This document shows, piece after piece, positions 27,836 through 40,030 of a stretch of 64,000 bases of DNA. Within the stretch, counting starts at the first letter, position 1. Every line of letters starts with the position of its first letter. Under the pieces are notes generated by a model. The model saw only the letters and a program-made list of their open reading frames with translations, was not told the DNA's origin and did no database searches. The DNA lies in NCBI RefSeq assembly GCF_009914755.1, contig NC_060937.1; one strand, written 5' to 3'. The DNA comes from the human T2T-CHM13v2.0 reference genome, Homo sapiens. The position numbers were made by a program, and so were the translations under genes.

Positions 27836-29594
27836 CTCCATGTATCAGGTACAAATAAGAAAGTGATCAAGTAAGTGACAATTTTTACATATAGATTTAG
27901 ATTATTTCAGATTGTGTATGTTGAAGGTTGTATTCATTCTTTCATTTTAAAAATAAAATTAATGAACTTAAAAATAGTTTGCAGAATTTTGGCAAGATGG
28001 CTTGTAGAGTAACTGTTGTATGCTAGGACAATTCTTAGGGAAAATTCTGTGTGTGTTTGTGTGTGTGTACACATATGTATGTATACTAAAATTTGTGAAC
28101 AATCTTAATCCTTCAAGATTGGAAAAGTTAGAAAATATATGGAACTAAATATAAGTTATAATTAGTTAAGTTGTATGTGTAATGTTATTCATATATGGTT
28201 GAAAGGGATTTTTAAATTAAATATATCACTTTTGTAATAAAAATAAGCTTAAATCATAAAATAAAATCTCAAAAGGCATTTAATCATATATAATCATATA
28301 TCTCAAAAGATATTTAAAAATTAATAAAAGTCAAAACCAACAAATATTTTATACTAGGTAGACTTTATAATGTGTACTCTACTAAGTAGAGAACAAAATA
28401 TAAGTTTTGATCTTTATCACTTGGTAGGATACACAATATCGATAAGAATATTACTAAGGATGAGTTCTAAAACAATAATAAACAAACAGTGCCCTATGTT
28501 TGACTTTGGGGGAAAAAATTCAAAATGCCTGTCAGCTAAAGATACATTTTTTAAAAATTATGGAGTCAATTGCCAAATGTAGATACCTGCTAGTCTGTCA
28601 GGAGAGACTGGTATCCGGTGTTCAACTCCCAGAGGAATCTCTCTTATGGGGTGAAAACAACTATGGAGTCTGTTAACTGAACAGCACAGCATTGTATCAT
28701 TGACCAGAGCCCTGAATAAACAGAAGTCACAACAGAGGCGATGTGCGTATACCCAAGGATCCTTTTAGTGATCGTTGTGTCAGCTGAGAAATGCTTCCCA
28801 TAGAGTCAGCCCCTCTGCTGTATTTTGCCCCTTCAAAATTCACCATACTTGCCTAATTCTCACTACTTTTACTAACTGGTTTGAAAGGCAATAAGGCCTT
28901 TTGTACTCTTTTTCCAAAAATAACAGAAACAGAGGCAGCGTGGAGTAATTAAGGCACTTACATTGACAGATGAATTTATTGTCCTATTTTCTACCTAGTT
29001 GCATGTGCTTTCTGTAGATGTAAAGTGTAAGTTTTTGGAATAGCCATATTGGCATCATGCATGACTGTCACCTAAAGCTGAATGGCAAGCAATGATTTAC
29101 CAAATAAACTGCTATTCAAGAATGTATCCATCATGAGAATGGAAACAATGATTGCAGAGGTATAGATCTGGGAGTAAGGATGGGTATGTAAAATGGACCA
29201 TAGCCTAATATTTGCCTAATTGTTACACAGCGTACTAGAGTAGGAGAACTATGTGTTGAGTGGGAATCAGATCTTCTTCAAAGACTTTAGCATAAAGTAA
29301 GATAAATGTGAGATGTTACAAATAATTTTTTAAAAAACAACAAAAATATGTGTAGCAGAGAAACTCCACTTCATGAAATCACATCAGTTGTTTGGTGAAG
29401 ACCCAGATAAAAATCTCAAAACTTCTGTTAAGGCATTTCTGACTTTTTCATCCACGACCAATCCACGACTGGCCTAAAGCAAAATGAAATGCTCTCTTCT
29501 TTGAAGTATTAATTTTTGGATAATTTTAAAAATCACATAGTGTTTCTCCTGCTATACCAATTGTGTTTGTCCATGTGTTCAACAAATTACATAA

Positions 29595-30450
29595 TGTTTG
29601 TCCATTTGTTCAACAAATATTTGTTGAGCATCTGTAATATTTTAGAAACAGTGCTGGGTGCTGGTGATAAAAGGCTAAACGATGAAGGCTGGCAATACAG
29701 TTTAGCAAAAAGGAACTCAGGGTTTGTAATGGGAGAGACCTGGGAACAATCCAGGCTCTACTTCTTATTGGCAGTGGGACATGGGAAAGTTACTAAATAT
29801 ATATGAGATACTCTTGTACTCCTCCTGCAGGTGCTGAGAAGCCATGGAATGTTTTAAGCAAGGACATGATACAACTAGATTTGCATTTGTGAATGATCAT
29901 ACTGGCAGGAGAAAGAAGATGGCTGAAAGAGTGAGACTGCAAGTAGGGAGACTCCTTAGTTGAGTGCTGTAATTAATAAGAGATGATGAAGACTTGTTTT
30001 AGGAAAGCTGCTGGGGTGAAGGGTCATCTCTTCGAAATGGAGTGATGAGAAGAGTAAAGGAAAGGGAGAAATCCAAGATGGTAGTCAGTGTATCTTGGGA
30101 AACTGGATGGATGCTGGTGCTATTAACCTAAAAGAAAAAGATTAGCCAGTAGATCTCAACTGGGGACAATTTTGCCTTCCATGTGACCTTTGGCAATGTC
30201 TCAAGATAATTTTAGTTGTCACAGCTCAGAGTGGGTTGCGGATTCTATGGCTATCTAATGGGTAGAGGCCAAGGGTGCTGTTTAGGATCCTACAGTACAC
30301 ACGACAGCCCTCACAACAAAAAAATTATCCCACCCAAAACATGGATATTGAGAGACCCTAGATTAGGAAAAGAGAAGTAGGATTTAGACATTTTGGTAGA
30401 GAAGTGAGATGCTAAACTCAAGTTTGGACATTTTCAATTTGAGGTACTCA
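29595..30450 (-). mobile_element. L2 fragments containing a MIR piece (about 29690-29800) and MER20
   Basis: ttcaacaaatatttgttgagcatctg; gaagccatggaatgttttaagcaagg; gtttggacattttcaatttgagg. Confidence 0.7.
30147..30359. mobile_element. MER20 hAT-Charlie element
   Basis: cagtagatctcaactggggacaattttgcc...tttggcaatgtct...gggtagaggccaagggtgctg...gagagaccct; flanked by gattag on both sides. Confidence 0.85.
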
Positions 30451-31489
30451 CTAAACCTGATAAAAAAAAATCCTGCCTAAGTTATATAACTTGTCACAGA
30501 TCAAGTGGTAGAGGTCTGGCATCAACATGGAAATATTAGTGGCAGCCACACATCAAAGACCATGGATAGTATGTAAACAATATAGAAAGACTCAGTTACG
30601 CATACATGTAGAAAGTATGGTTCCTTTTAAAAATTTAAAAAAATACATTTGTTTGGAGTATTATTTGAACAGTGCTGTTTGTATAAAAAGGAATAGCAAC
30701 ATGAGTAATGCCTACTTTGGATATTTTCAAATATTATCTTATGAAATTGAGCAGTGCATTATGTTTTTATGTTTTAGAAAGCAACACAAAATACATTTCA
30801 TTGTCTTCAAGAATTTCCTCTTTACAAAATATTTTTAACATATAAATACATATTAAAATATATACATATTTAAGTTTATGAGAGGCTGGAGTAGGGCAAG
30901 CACATTGAAAGGGAAAAAAATCAGATCTGAAAGCAAAACTTGATTTAGTTCCCACCTATCACAAGTTTATAGCACCTCATGCTTTTCAAAAATTCTTCCT
31001 AAAGGGTGAACAAGTCTATAGTTTATGTAATACTGATAAAATTCAATTGAAATATAATAGTAAATAGAAACATAACATTGGTGTTATGGCCTTAGCCATA
31101 GCACATTTCTTGTTTTCAAATTGGATTGTTTCATATTTTGGGGGAATTTTTTGGGGGGATAGAATAAGTTCATAATCATTCTTTTTCAAAGATCTGTTAG
31201 GTTCCAAGATTTAATTAATAAGGCCAACTAATTCACATAATTGATTCCAAAGTTAAAATTTTCAATCCAATTAGGCACCCAAATTGACCTTTCTTGTTTA
31301 ATGCCATTTGAATTGCTATACTCAGCTTATGTTTAATTATAGTATCTATGTTTAATTATTGCATCTGAATCATGTTTAATGAGCTCCCTGTTTAATTACT
31401 GTTTCTGACTAATATAATTACTCTTAAGTAATCTCTGCCATTATTAGCTAAGCTTCCTAAGCTCTGTGGGGTCTGTCTGTCAGCCTGAT

Positions 31490-31872
31490 TCTCCGGGCTC
31501 AACTTTCCTCCATCATCCCTCATATGTACTGTGTGCCAGACCCTGGATTCTCTTAGTGTCATTAATGTGCAAAGTTACTTCCTACCTCGGGGCCTTCACA
31601 CTTGCTGATTCCTGCCTTCTGCTCTGATCTTTAGATCTCAGCTCATGACACTAGTGGCAGAAACAATTTCCTTGGTTTTCTAAAATACTTCGTGCCCCAC
31701 TCCATTTTAGTGTTATCAGGCTATTGTGTAATTTTCCTTTATATCATGTACTGCATTTTTTTACTATTTGTAATCTGTGTTTTTTATTTTATGTCTCAAA
31801 CTCTAGGTAGCAACTCAGCATCATGTACCCAGCAGCATTTGTTGAATAAGTAAATAAATATGAATGAATTAA
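31490..31872 (+). mobile_element. L2 3' fragment
   Basis: cctacctcggggccttcacacttgctgattcc...catttgttgaataagtaaataaatatgaatgaa. Confidence 0.65.
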
Positions 31873-32477
31873 TGATTCAATCTGTCAATCACAAAAATTA
31901 AATATAGCCTTGTAATTGCCAGTACTTCATATATATGACTTTCTAAAGCCATTACATTCACACAGTGATTAAAAATACAAATGCATAGAAAAACCAGAAA
32001 ATAACAAAAATGAGTATAGTGTCAGGTGCAAGCCAATAGGGAGCTTGGTGAGGATTTTCAGGGCAGTAGCGAAGTGCCCTTGGCATTTAGATTCAATACT
32101 TTTAATACTCTGGGGGCCAAAGCATAACAACATTAAGCTTGTGGGCCCTGTATGTTAGTTCTTGGAAGCTGGGAGCAGTGGCAGCCTTGGAATACTAATG
32201 CCAGGCAGATGGTTGGTTATGGTCACATAGCACAGCTCTGCTTACATGTCCCTAAGCCAAAGACCAAAATGTGCCTATGAATATTCAAGGATATTTATTA
32301 TGCTCTTTCTAAGATATACCATTCATTTAAATAGTGTTAAGTTACAATATATGTGAAAATAGAACAAATCTAGGAGTAGTCCCTTTCAAGGAATCTAAGT
32401 AGAAATTTATACTTAAGATCCAAAACAAATTTGGGTCTAGCAGCCTCGAGATGTTTATCAAAGACTTAGGTAGTACT

Positions 32478-33404
32478 ATATGGTGCCATTTCCAATTACC
32501 ACCTGTCCCCCACCGCCTCCACCATGATCGCCACCTCCTGGTATTCACACCTCTGTGTAACACCCTCCACTTGAGTGTAGGCTGGACTTAATTGACTCAG
32601 TTCTGAGAGAAGCTGTCATGTGTTGAGTGTGGAAATAGATGAAGACTACCTAAATCAGAACAAACAAAGCCTCTTTATTCAGAGCTTGCTACAGCAAGGT
32701 AGTCAGTCATCATTGCTTGAGTTTGGCAGAGAATCAAAGGCAGGCAGAGGAATAGAGAAGCTTAATAGAGGAAAAAAAGAAAGGCTTCAGGTTGTTAGAG
32801 GCTGTTGGCATGGGGAAACTGTCAAAAGAATAAATAGAAGCAGGGCATCATATGTGGTTGGTTAGGGGAAACATGTTTGGGTTTGTCTAGCTGGCTCTAC
32901 ATTGGAAACAGCAAACAAAAAATTGGAGGTTATCAGTTATTGATTAAGTTTTGGCCATTTGGGGCTGATTGCTACAGAGGCTGTGGTTTGACTTCCTGGA
33001 TGGTTTGCTGCAGAGGTTATGGTTTGGCTTTCCAAACTGGTTGTGGCAGCTTGTGGGTCAGAGTTTTATTTTTATGTATGGTCTGCCCATTGTCTAAATA
33101 TTGAGTCTCTTATGAGGCACCCTGTGGAGTGGCCCACATAAGTGAGCCTGGAAGCAAATATCTGAGGCCTGCCAATAATCACATGATTGAGCTTGGAAGC
33201 AGATCCTCACCCAGTGAAGCTTGGAGATGACTGCATTCCCGGCAGATTCCCTGAACATAACCTTGTAGAAGATCCTCAGCTGAGACTCTTCCTGTAAGTT
33301 ACTGTCTGATTTCTGACAAATAGAATCTATGCAATAATAAATATTTGTTGTCATCAACCACTAAATTTTGGGATCATCTGTTTGCAGCAATAGTTAACTA
33401 ATAC
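32478..33404 (+). mobile_element. MLT1F-like MaLR LTR split by a younger LTR
   Basis: cacctcctggtattcacacc...cttgagtgtaggctggac on the left; gagcttggaagcagatcctc...gcagcaatagttaactaataca on the right. Confidence 0.8.
32628..33100 (-). mobile_element. ERV1-class solo LTR (MER90/MER89-like) nested in MLT1
   Basis: Perfect TSD ttgag at 32623-32627 and 33101-33105; tttattcagagcttgctacagcaagg contains the antisense polyA signal. Confidence 0.75.
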
Positions 33405-33659
33405 AGATGGGAAGGATATGGTCTTTTGTTAATCAGATCACCAGGAAATTTAGCTCAAGGATTTCAGGTAGGTTTATCTGGAAGGCATAGACAATTGTAG
33501 TATTTCTCAGAAGGGACCATTTCTATCTCAGAAATACAAAATCTAAGTCAGAAAGTTAAGTCACTACTCCTTCTTAAACCTTCTCCTCCTTCTCTATTAT
33601 TTTATTTAATGAAATCATTTACCCCACCCACTGGCTAAAAAAATCTCTAGTCTTCTTTG

Positions 33660-35300
33660 ATTTTTGAACCAAATATTTAGTATCTACTATGTACAAGGCA
33701 ATGTGCTGTCACTTAGAATGGAACACAATTACTTGCTCTTGTGGAGCTTACATTCTTTTGAGAAAAAAATATAAAAGAAATAATAAACATATTACTTGTG
33801 TGTGGAATAAGGGCAGATTCTACATCCTTGCAGGGGTAGAATAGGCTTTGTTGATACACACTGTAAGGCAAGGGTCACCGAGAGAAGTATGGGTCCCCTG
33901 ATTCTTCCACAGTCTGGCAGGGCCTTCTGCTGGCCATGCAGTGGATCTGGGTTGCGGTGAAGGGACATCACCCTCTGTTGCTTTTCTTTCTTACTGTGAT
34001 GGCATGTGGACAACTTTGCTGGCTGTTGGAATGACTATTTGAGCAGAATATCTGGGCAGCATTTTAGAATTGTTTTTTGAAAAAGCCAGATGTTCGATAC
34101 CTGGTAACCCTGGGAATTTTCAGGCCCTCATTCCAGGAGAAGATGCCCCTGGGCATGTGGATTTCCATGGGGCCTGAGTTCAGGTGCAGCCCCTCCAGCC
34201 AGGATTGGGGGCAGGTTCCTCTGTCCCTCATCAAGAACTCTTAGGTTTACTTTCTGGCAATTATGCTTGTTGCATTGCCATAATAAATAAGTCATTTATG
34301 CAATGCATTATGTGATAAGTACTGTGGGGAAAAAAAAGTAGAACCTTCTACATAGGGCTTGAGAGTGGGTTATATTAAATAGATCTACTGGAGAAAACCT
34401 CATTGAGAAGGTGACATTGGCACAGAGAATTGAAAGAGGCCATGAGGACATCTAGGGAAGAATATTCCTGAGAGTTGGGGGAAAGTCTGTAAGTCAAGAA
34501 TGTCCTTGGTGTGTTTAAAGGACTGTAAGGAAGCCAGCATAGCCAGACTGGAATCAGAGAAAGTGAGAGAATTAGGAGAGGAAGTGAGAGAAGCAACGAG
34601 GGGTCAGATCATTCAGGGCCCTGTGGGACTTTTTAAGAACGCTATTGTTACTTCAAGTGGAGTGGGGAACAGTCATAAAGTTGTCAGCAATGAACTGGCA
34701 CGGTCTTATGTCTTAGAAATTTCATTAAACTGCTGTTTTGAGCACAGTCTAGACATGTCTAGAGTTCAGACAAGAGATCTAGGCTGGAGATACACAATTG
34801 GGAGTCATTGGCTCACATATGGTATTTAAAGCTATGAGATTGGATGAGATCATCAAAAAGTGAGTGAAACAGAGGGAAGAAGAGAACTGAGGCAGGAGCC
34901 CTGGGACCTTTTCAATTAGAAGGATGGAGGAAGAGAAGGAAACAGCCAAAGAGGCTGAGAAAAACATGACCAGTAAGGTTGGCAGAAGGAAGACCAAGAA
35001 AGTAGAGTATATTGGAAATCAAGTAAAGAAAATGTATTAAGGAGGAGGGAATGAGAGACCGCCAAATGTTGCTGACATGTCACCTATGATGAGGACTGAA
35101 ATTCACCAACTGATTTGGCAATCAAATGGAAGTCACTGGTGAAGTTTGCAGGATTAATTTGGTGAAGTAGAGGTGACATCTTGATAAAAGTCAGTTTTAT
35201 AGAGAATTGGAAAGAGAATTGGAGAGAATGATAATGTATAAATCTTGAGTAATTTTGATACAAAGAGCTGCAGAAAATTGGGGCAGTAAAAGTATGAGAA
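33660..35300 (-). mobile_element. L2a LINE, interrupted at about 33793-34280
   Basis: caaatatttagtatctactatgtacaaggc; cctcattgagaaggtgacatt; atttaaagctatgagattggatgagatcatc. Confidence 0.8.
33793..34280. mobile_element. About 490-bp LTR-like insertion in L2, family unassigned
   Basis: GC-richer block of solo-LTR size that interrupts otherwise colinear L2 sequence. Confidence 0.4.
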
Positions 35301-36221
35301 GAATTTTTCCCCTTATGATCTAAGTAATAAATCTCTTAACTGGTGCGAACATTTAGATATCTAATCTTGTTCCCTCATTCAGTTTTATCTTTTAATATTA
35401 TTTTCTTCCATCTCCTATTGTTATTACCCCAGGGATTTTCATTTGGTTCTGTATTGTTTCTCACCTGGACTATTACCCTAGTATCTTGCTGTGCTCATTA
35501 TTACCATATTACCATCTCACTACTCCCATAGTATCTTCCTGCTTCCAAGGAATGCTCCATTACTCCTGCTGGCACTCTCTCCAAAACATATACTACCTGT
35601 GATGTCATTACTCTTTCAAGCTTAAGTCATCCAATGACTTTCCAAACACAGCTTGGCTACAGCTGCTATGCATGCTGGAATTCCAGCAAAACAGAGAGAG
35701 ATGGATAAATCAGAGCTGTGAGAGGAAACTGGAACTAGATTTTGTGTAAGGCTAGCCTGCAAGATGGGGAAGGCAGCTACAGCTACTGTTGCCTCACTTA
35801 CAATGTCTAAGAGGTTGTGGGGAGGAGAGATCTTAATCAAGATCTTCTAGTAGTGGAAGGCTTGATTTTCTAGGTAAGAATACAAACGTTCTTGACTTAT
35901 TCTCTCCAGTACTTAGTTCAGTATGGTTATATTCAATATTGGATTTGCGGCCACAGACAATTGTAAAGACCCATATTTGGGGGAACATAAGATTCCTAAT
36001 ATTTTGCCAGGTTTAGTTCTCATTATTTCAGTTTTTAGTTACATATGGAAGGTTTTCAGGTCAAGCATTACATGACATTTATTTCCTCACTCCGTGTACA
36101 TACCAATATATGCTTGTCCATGTTGTGAGTATACCTACATTTTGCTGTATAAATATATGTGCTTATTATTCTTATATTTTAGCCTCTTTTTTCCCCCTGA
36201 ATTTGAAACTGATTTTGTTTC

Positions 36222-36525
36222 TTTGCTTTTCTTTTTAGAGACAGGGTCTCACTCTCTCATTCAGGCTGGAGTGCAGTGGCATGTTCAAAGCTCACTGTAA
36301 CTTCATATTCCTAGGCTCAAGTGATCCCCCTGCCTCAGCCTCTCGAGTAGCTAGGACTACAGGTGTGAGCCACCACACCTGGCTAATTAAAAACATTTTT
36401 TTTTTTGTAAAGACTGGGTCTCACTATGTTGCCAAGGATGGTCTCTAACTCCTGGCCTGAAGCAGTCTTCCCACATCAGCCTCCTGAGTTGTTGGGATTA
36501 CAGGCATTAGTCATAGCTTCCAGCC
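36222..36525 (-). mobile_element. AluJ, full length
   Basis: gagacagggtctcactct...ggctcaagtgatcc; TSD attttgtttc on both sides. Confidence 0.93.
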
Positions 36526-36616
36526 CTATTTTGTTTCAAATAATGAAAAACCATTAAATTTGTTGATGCCAAGTTATAGCTGCTTCAATTACATTAATTT
36601 TTAACTTTAAAATAAA

Positions 36617-36738
36617 TTTTAACAGATGGGGTCTTGCAATGTTTCCCAGGCCGGCCTTGCACTCGTGGGTTCGAAGGATCTTCTTGCCTCAGCCTCCTGA
36701 GTATCTGGGTCCACAGGTGCATGCCACCATGCTTAGCT
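36617..36738 (-). mobile_element. Free Alu monomer (FLAM-like)
   Basis: Single ~120-bp monomer: agatggggtcttgcaatgtttcccagg...gccaccatgcttagc. Confidence 0.8.
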
Positions 36739-38211
36739 CTACAATAACATCTTTGACCATTACTGATTCCAGATATATTTTTTGTGCACTTACTCTGAAC
36801 CAGGTCCTGATTATACAATCACTATAATATAATGAAAGATACTTTAGTTTTTAAGGAATTGGATGTCTTGATATCAGAGATGACTTGCAGCAATAATGTC
36901 ACATTTTGAAAATCAGTGTTGCACAATACAGTATATAACTCTATGACTTTTTATAACATATGGTGACATTTGCAAAGATTGTAGCACACTTCAGGCAGGT
37001 TAATTACGCTAGGAGGGATCAGATGTTCCTGATTACATGCTGATTGCTCAGCTCCTGTTCCAGCCAGAGGGAAAGCGCTCAGAAGCTTCCTGCGTATTCA
37101 TGTGACTCACCTCTGTGAGGAGTCCCTGCTTGCATGATCATTTATCTAAAGCATTTATCCCTTAGCAGTGGATTTGTCCCTTGTGTTTTGTCCTCCACAC
37201 ATCACCTCCATGACTGTCTATTTGAGAAGTGTTTAATTTTTCTGTTTTGAGTTTTATTTTGGATTACTTACTGCTCTTAGAGGCAAATTGCTATCTGATT
37301 TTACTTTTTCAAATACTAAATGATGGCGTTTTTCTAAATTTATACTCTGTAAACAGATCCATTCATTCTGTATATACATGGCCTGCATCACTAGACATTT
37401 TATATACATTTTTTTTGAAACCAGGACCTAATATTCCATGCTCTGCGTTGAGATTAAGGTCTGCATGTTGCTTACAGTTTATGATACCAGAGACATACAC
37501 TATTTAGTACTTTTCATTTTTTCACTGTTTGAACTTCACATTAGCTCACTATCCAAAGATGATACTAAACTGGGACCATTAACCACAAGCTTTGCTTATA
37601 CTCCTTTACCTGTGGATCCTCTAAGATGCAAATCACATGCTTGCTATGATGGATGGACATTTTCTGAAACTGAGCTGGAAGCTTCCCACTTCATTCTCAT
37701 ATTATGCATGTAGTTAATTGGTATTTTGATTGAACCATCAGAAGAATAAAAATGCCTATGAATTAAAGGAAATTATTCTCATTAGATATGAAACAAAGAA
37801 AGCAGTGGTTTCAAGAACAAATATTATTCAAAAATATTCTCATTAAAAGAAATTGCTCTCTTTGGTATAATAAAAATCTAAAGAGAAGCATCTGGCAGAA
37901 TCATATAACTTACTGTAGCATAACATTTGGGATGAATTAAGTTGCTTCATGCTACAAAATGCTTTCAAGGCTTCTCCGTATTTTTTCTTCATTTTAGCTT
38001 ATCTATGGCTCACACTTCTCCAATTAGGTCATTTTATACTTAGTACTTCTTTATGTGTATCAGATTATGACTATCATATAGAAATTACGGTCCCTTGAAG
38101 GCTAGAAATATTGCTAACTGGAATGAGTTCAAGCCCATGTGTGGAATGTGAAAGTTTTTCTGTGCTGGATTTACCTGTGTAATATTCCATAGTGATAGTT
38201 AGGCAGGTTGA

Positions 38212-38566
<355 letters not shown>

Positions 38567-39129
38567 AAAGACAGTCATTTGAGTTCAGGTGTTAGATACC
38601 CACCCTTGGGCAAACCTATGATCACCCAATATTTGAGCACAGTCGAGTGGATGTATGCCATTAGACAAGTACTAACATTAAATTAGTCAATGGATCTTAG
38701 AGTTGGAAGGAATTTTCAGTGCCATCTCATTCTCTAATCTCTTTACCATCTCAGATCTGTTATGTAAGTGACTTCTTTAACACGATGCTCACTACTTTTT
38801 CAAAGAAGCCCATTCTATTTTCATATATGCCCTCTTATTGTCTTCATATTTGGTTCTGTATCTAGAAAATCCTGAGTCCATCTTCTATATAAGGGCCTTT
38901 AAACTTCTGAAGGCCACTTCCACATATGTCTTGGGACATGCATAACATTGGTAGGGACTGTAAGAGGAATTAGAGCATGACACCATGATCTCTCAAGAGA
39001 ATGAGTTGGAATAATGGTTAACAGTATGAGTTTTAGACCAAACAAAAGGTCTAGAACTCCAACTTCAATACATATAAGCTGTGAGACACTATTTTAAAAA
39101 CATCTTTAAATGTGGATATTTCAAATAAT

Positions 39130-40030
39130 TTAATTATTTTCCTCAGATTTATTGATCTAGTCTTATGCCAATACCATGTAGCTTGTGTCTCATATAGTAC
39201 TTCAGTATCTAGGAAGGTTAGCCCCTTTTAGCATTTGTCTTTTGAGGGAATATTCTTAAATATTTGATTAAAACAAAACAATTTTAATTGAAATTGCATT
39301 TCATTTACATATTAGTTTTAGGAGACTTGACATTTTTGTGGTGTTAAATATTTCAATTCAATATGATATGTCTTTCATTTTATTCAGATCCTGCTTTATA
39401 TCACTTAATAATTTTTAAATAGTTTTTAAAAGTAAATTCTATATTTCTTACTCATTTAATTCTAAGCATTGTAGCATTTTATACCTATTATGCATAAAGT
39501 ATATTTTTGTTTTTCTACTTTAGATGGCTAATGCTACTTTAGATAAATGCTAGTTTATTTTAACTTATCTCTTTATCTTATTTCTACCACATTTCCAACA
39601 TATCTTAGTTTTTATTCCACAGCCTTTTGGAATTTTTTAGGTATAGAATCACATAATTAAAATATTATTTCTTTTTTTAATTCACTTGAATAGATTAGCC
39701 AAAACAATTTTGAATGTAAATAGTGATGATAGATACTGTTGTTTTGTTTCTGATTTACAAGAAATGGCTGTAGCATTTCACCATAGAGAATTATGTTTGC
39801 TGCTTGTTTTTGAGAACTGGTCTGTCTTATTAAAGTTCTTCTATTGCTGACTTAGAGTTTTGATAACTTACAGTGGTGGAATTTTATCAACTGTCTTTTT
39901 GCATTTATGATGTGATCATGTTGATTGTGGTATTAAATTTCTTTTTGTTTAACCATCCTTACTCCTTCGAATAAATATTTGCTCCTAATGTATCACTTAT
40001 CTTGCATAATGCTGGATCTAGTCACCATTT
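39130..40030 (-). mobile_element. Old L1M ORF2 fragment
   Basis: ttaattgaaattgcatttcatttacatattagttttaggagacttgacattttt; acaattttgaatgtaaatagtgatgatag. Confidence 0.7.

Noticed and set aside
29610-29627. Perfect 18-bp palindrome tcaacaaatatttgttga
   Set aside because: It is a near-consensus feature of the L2 3' end.
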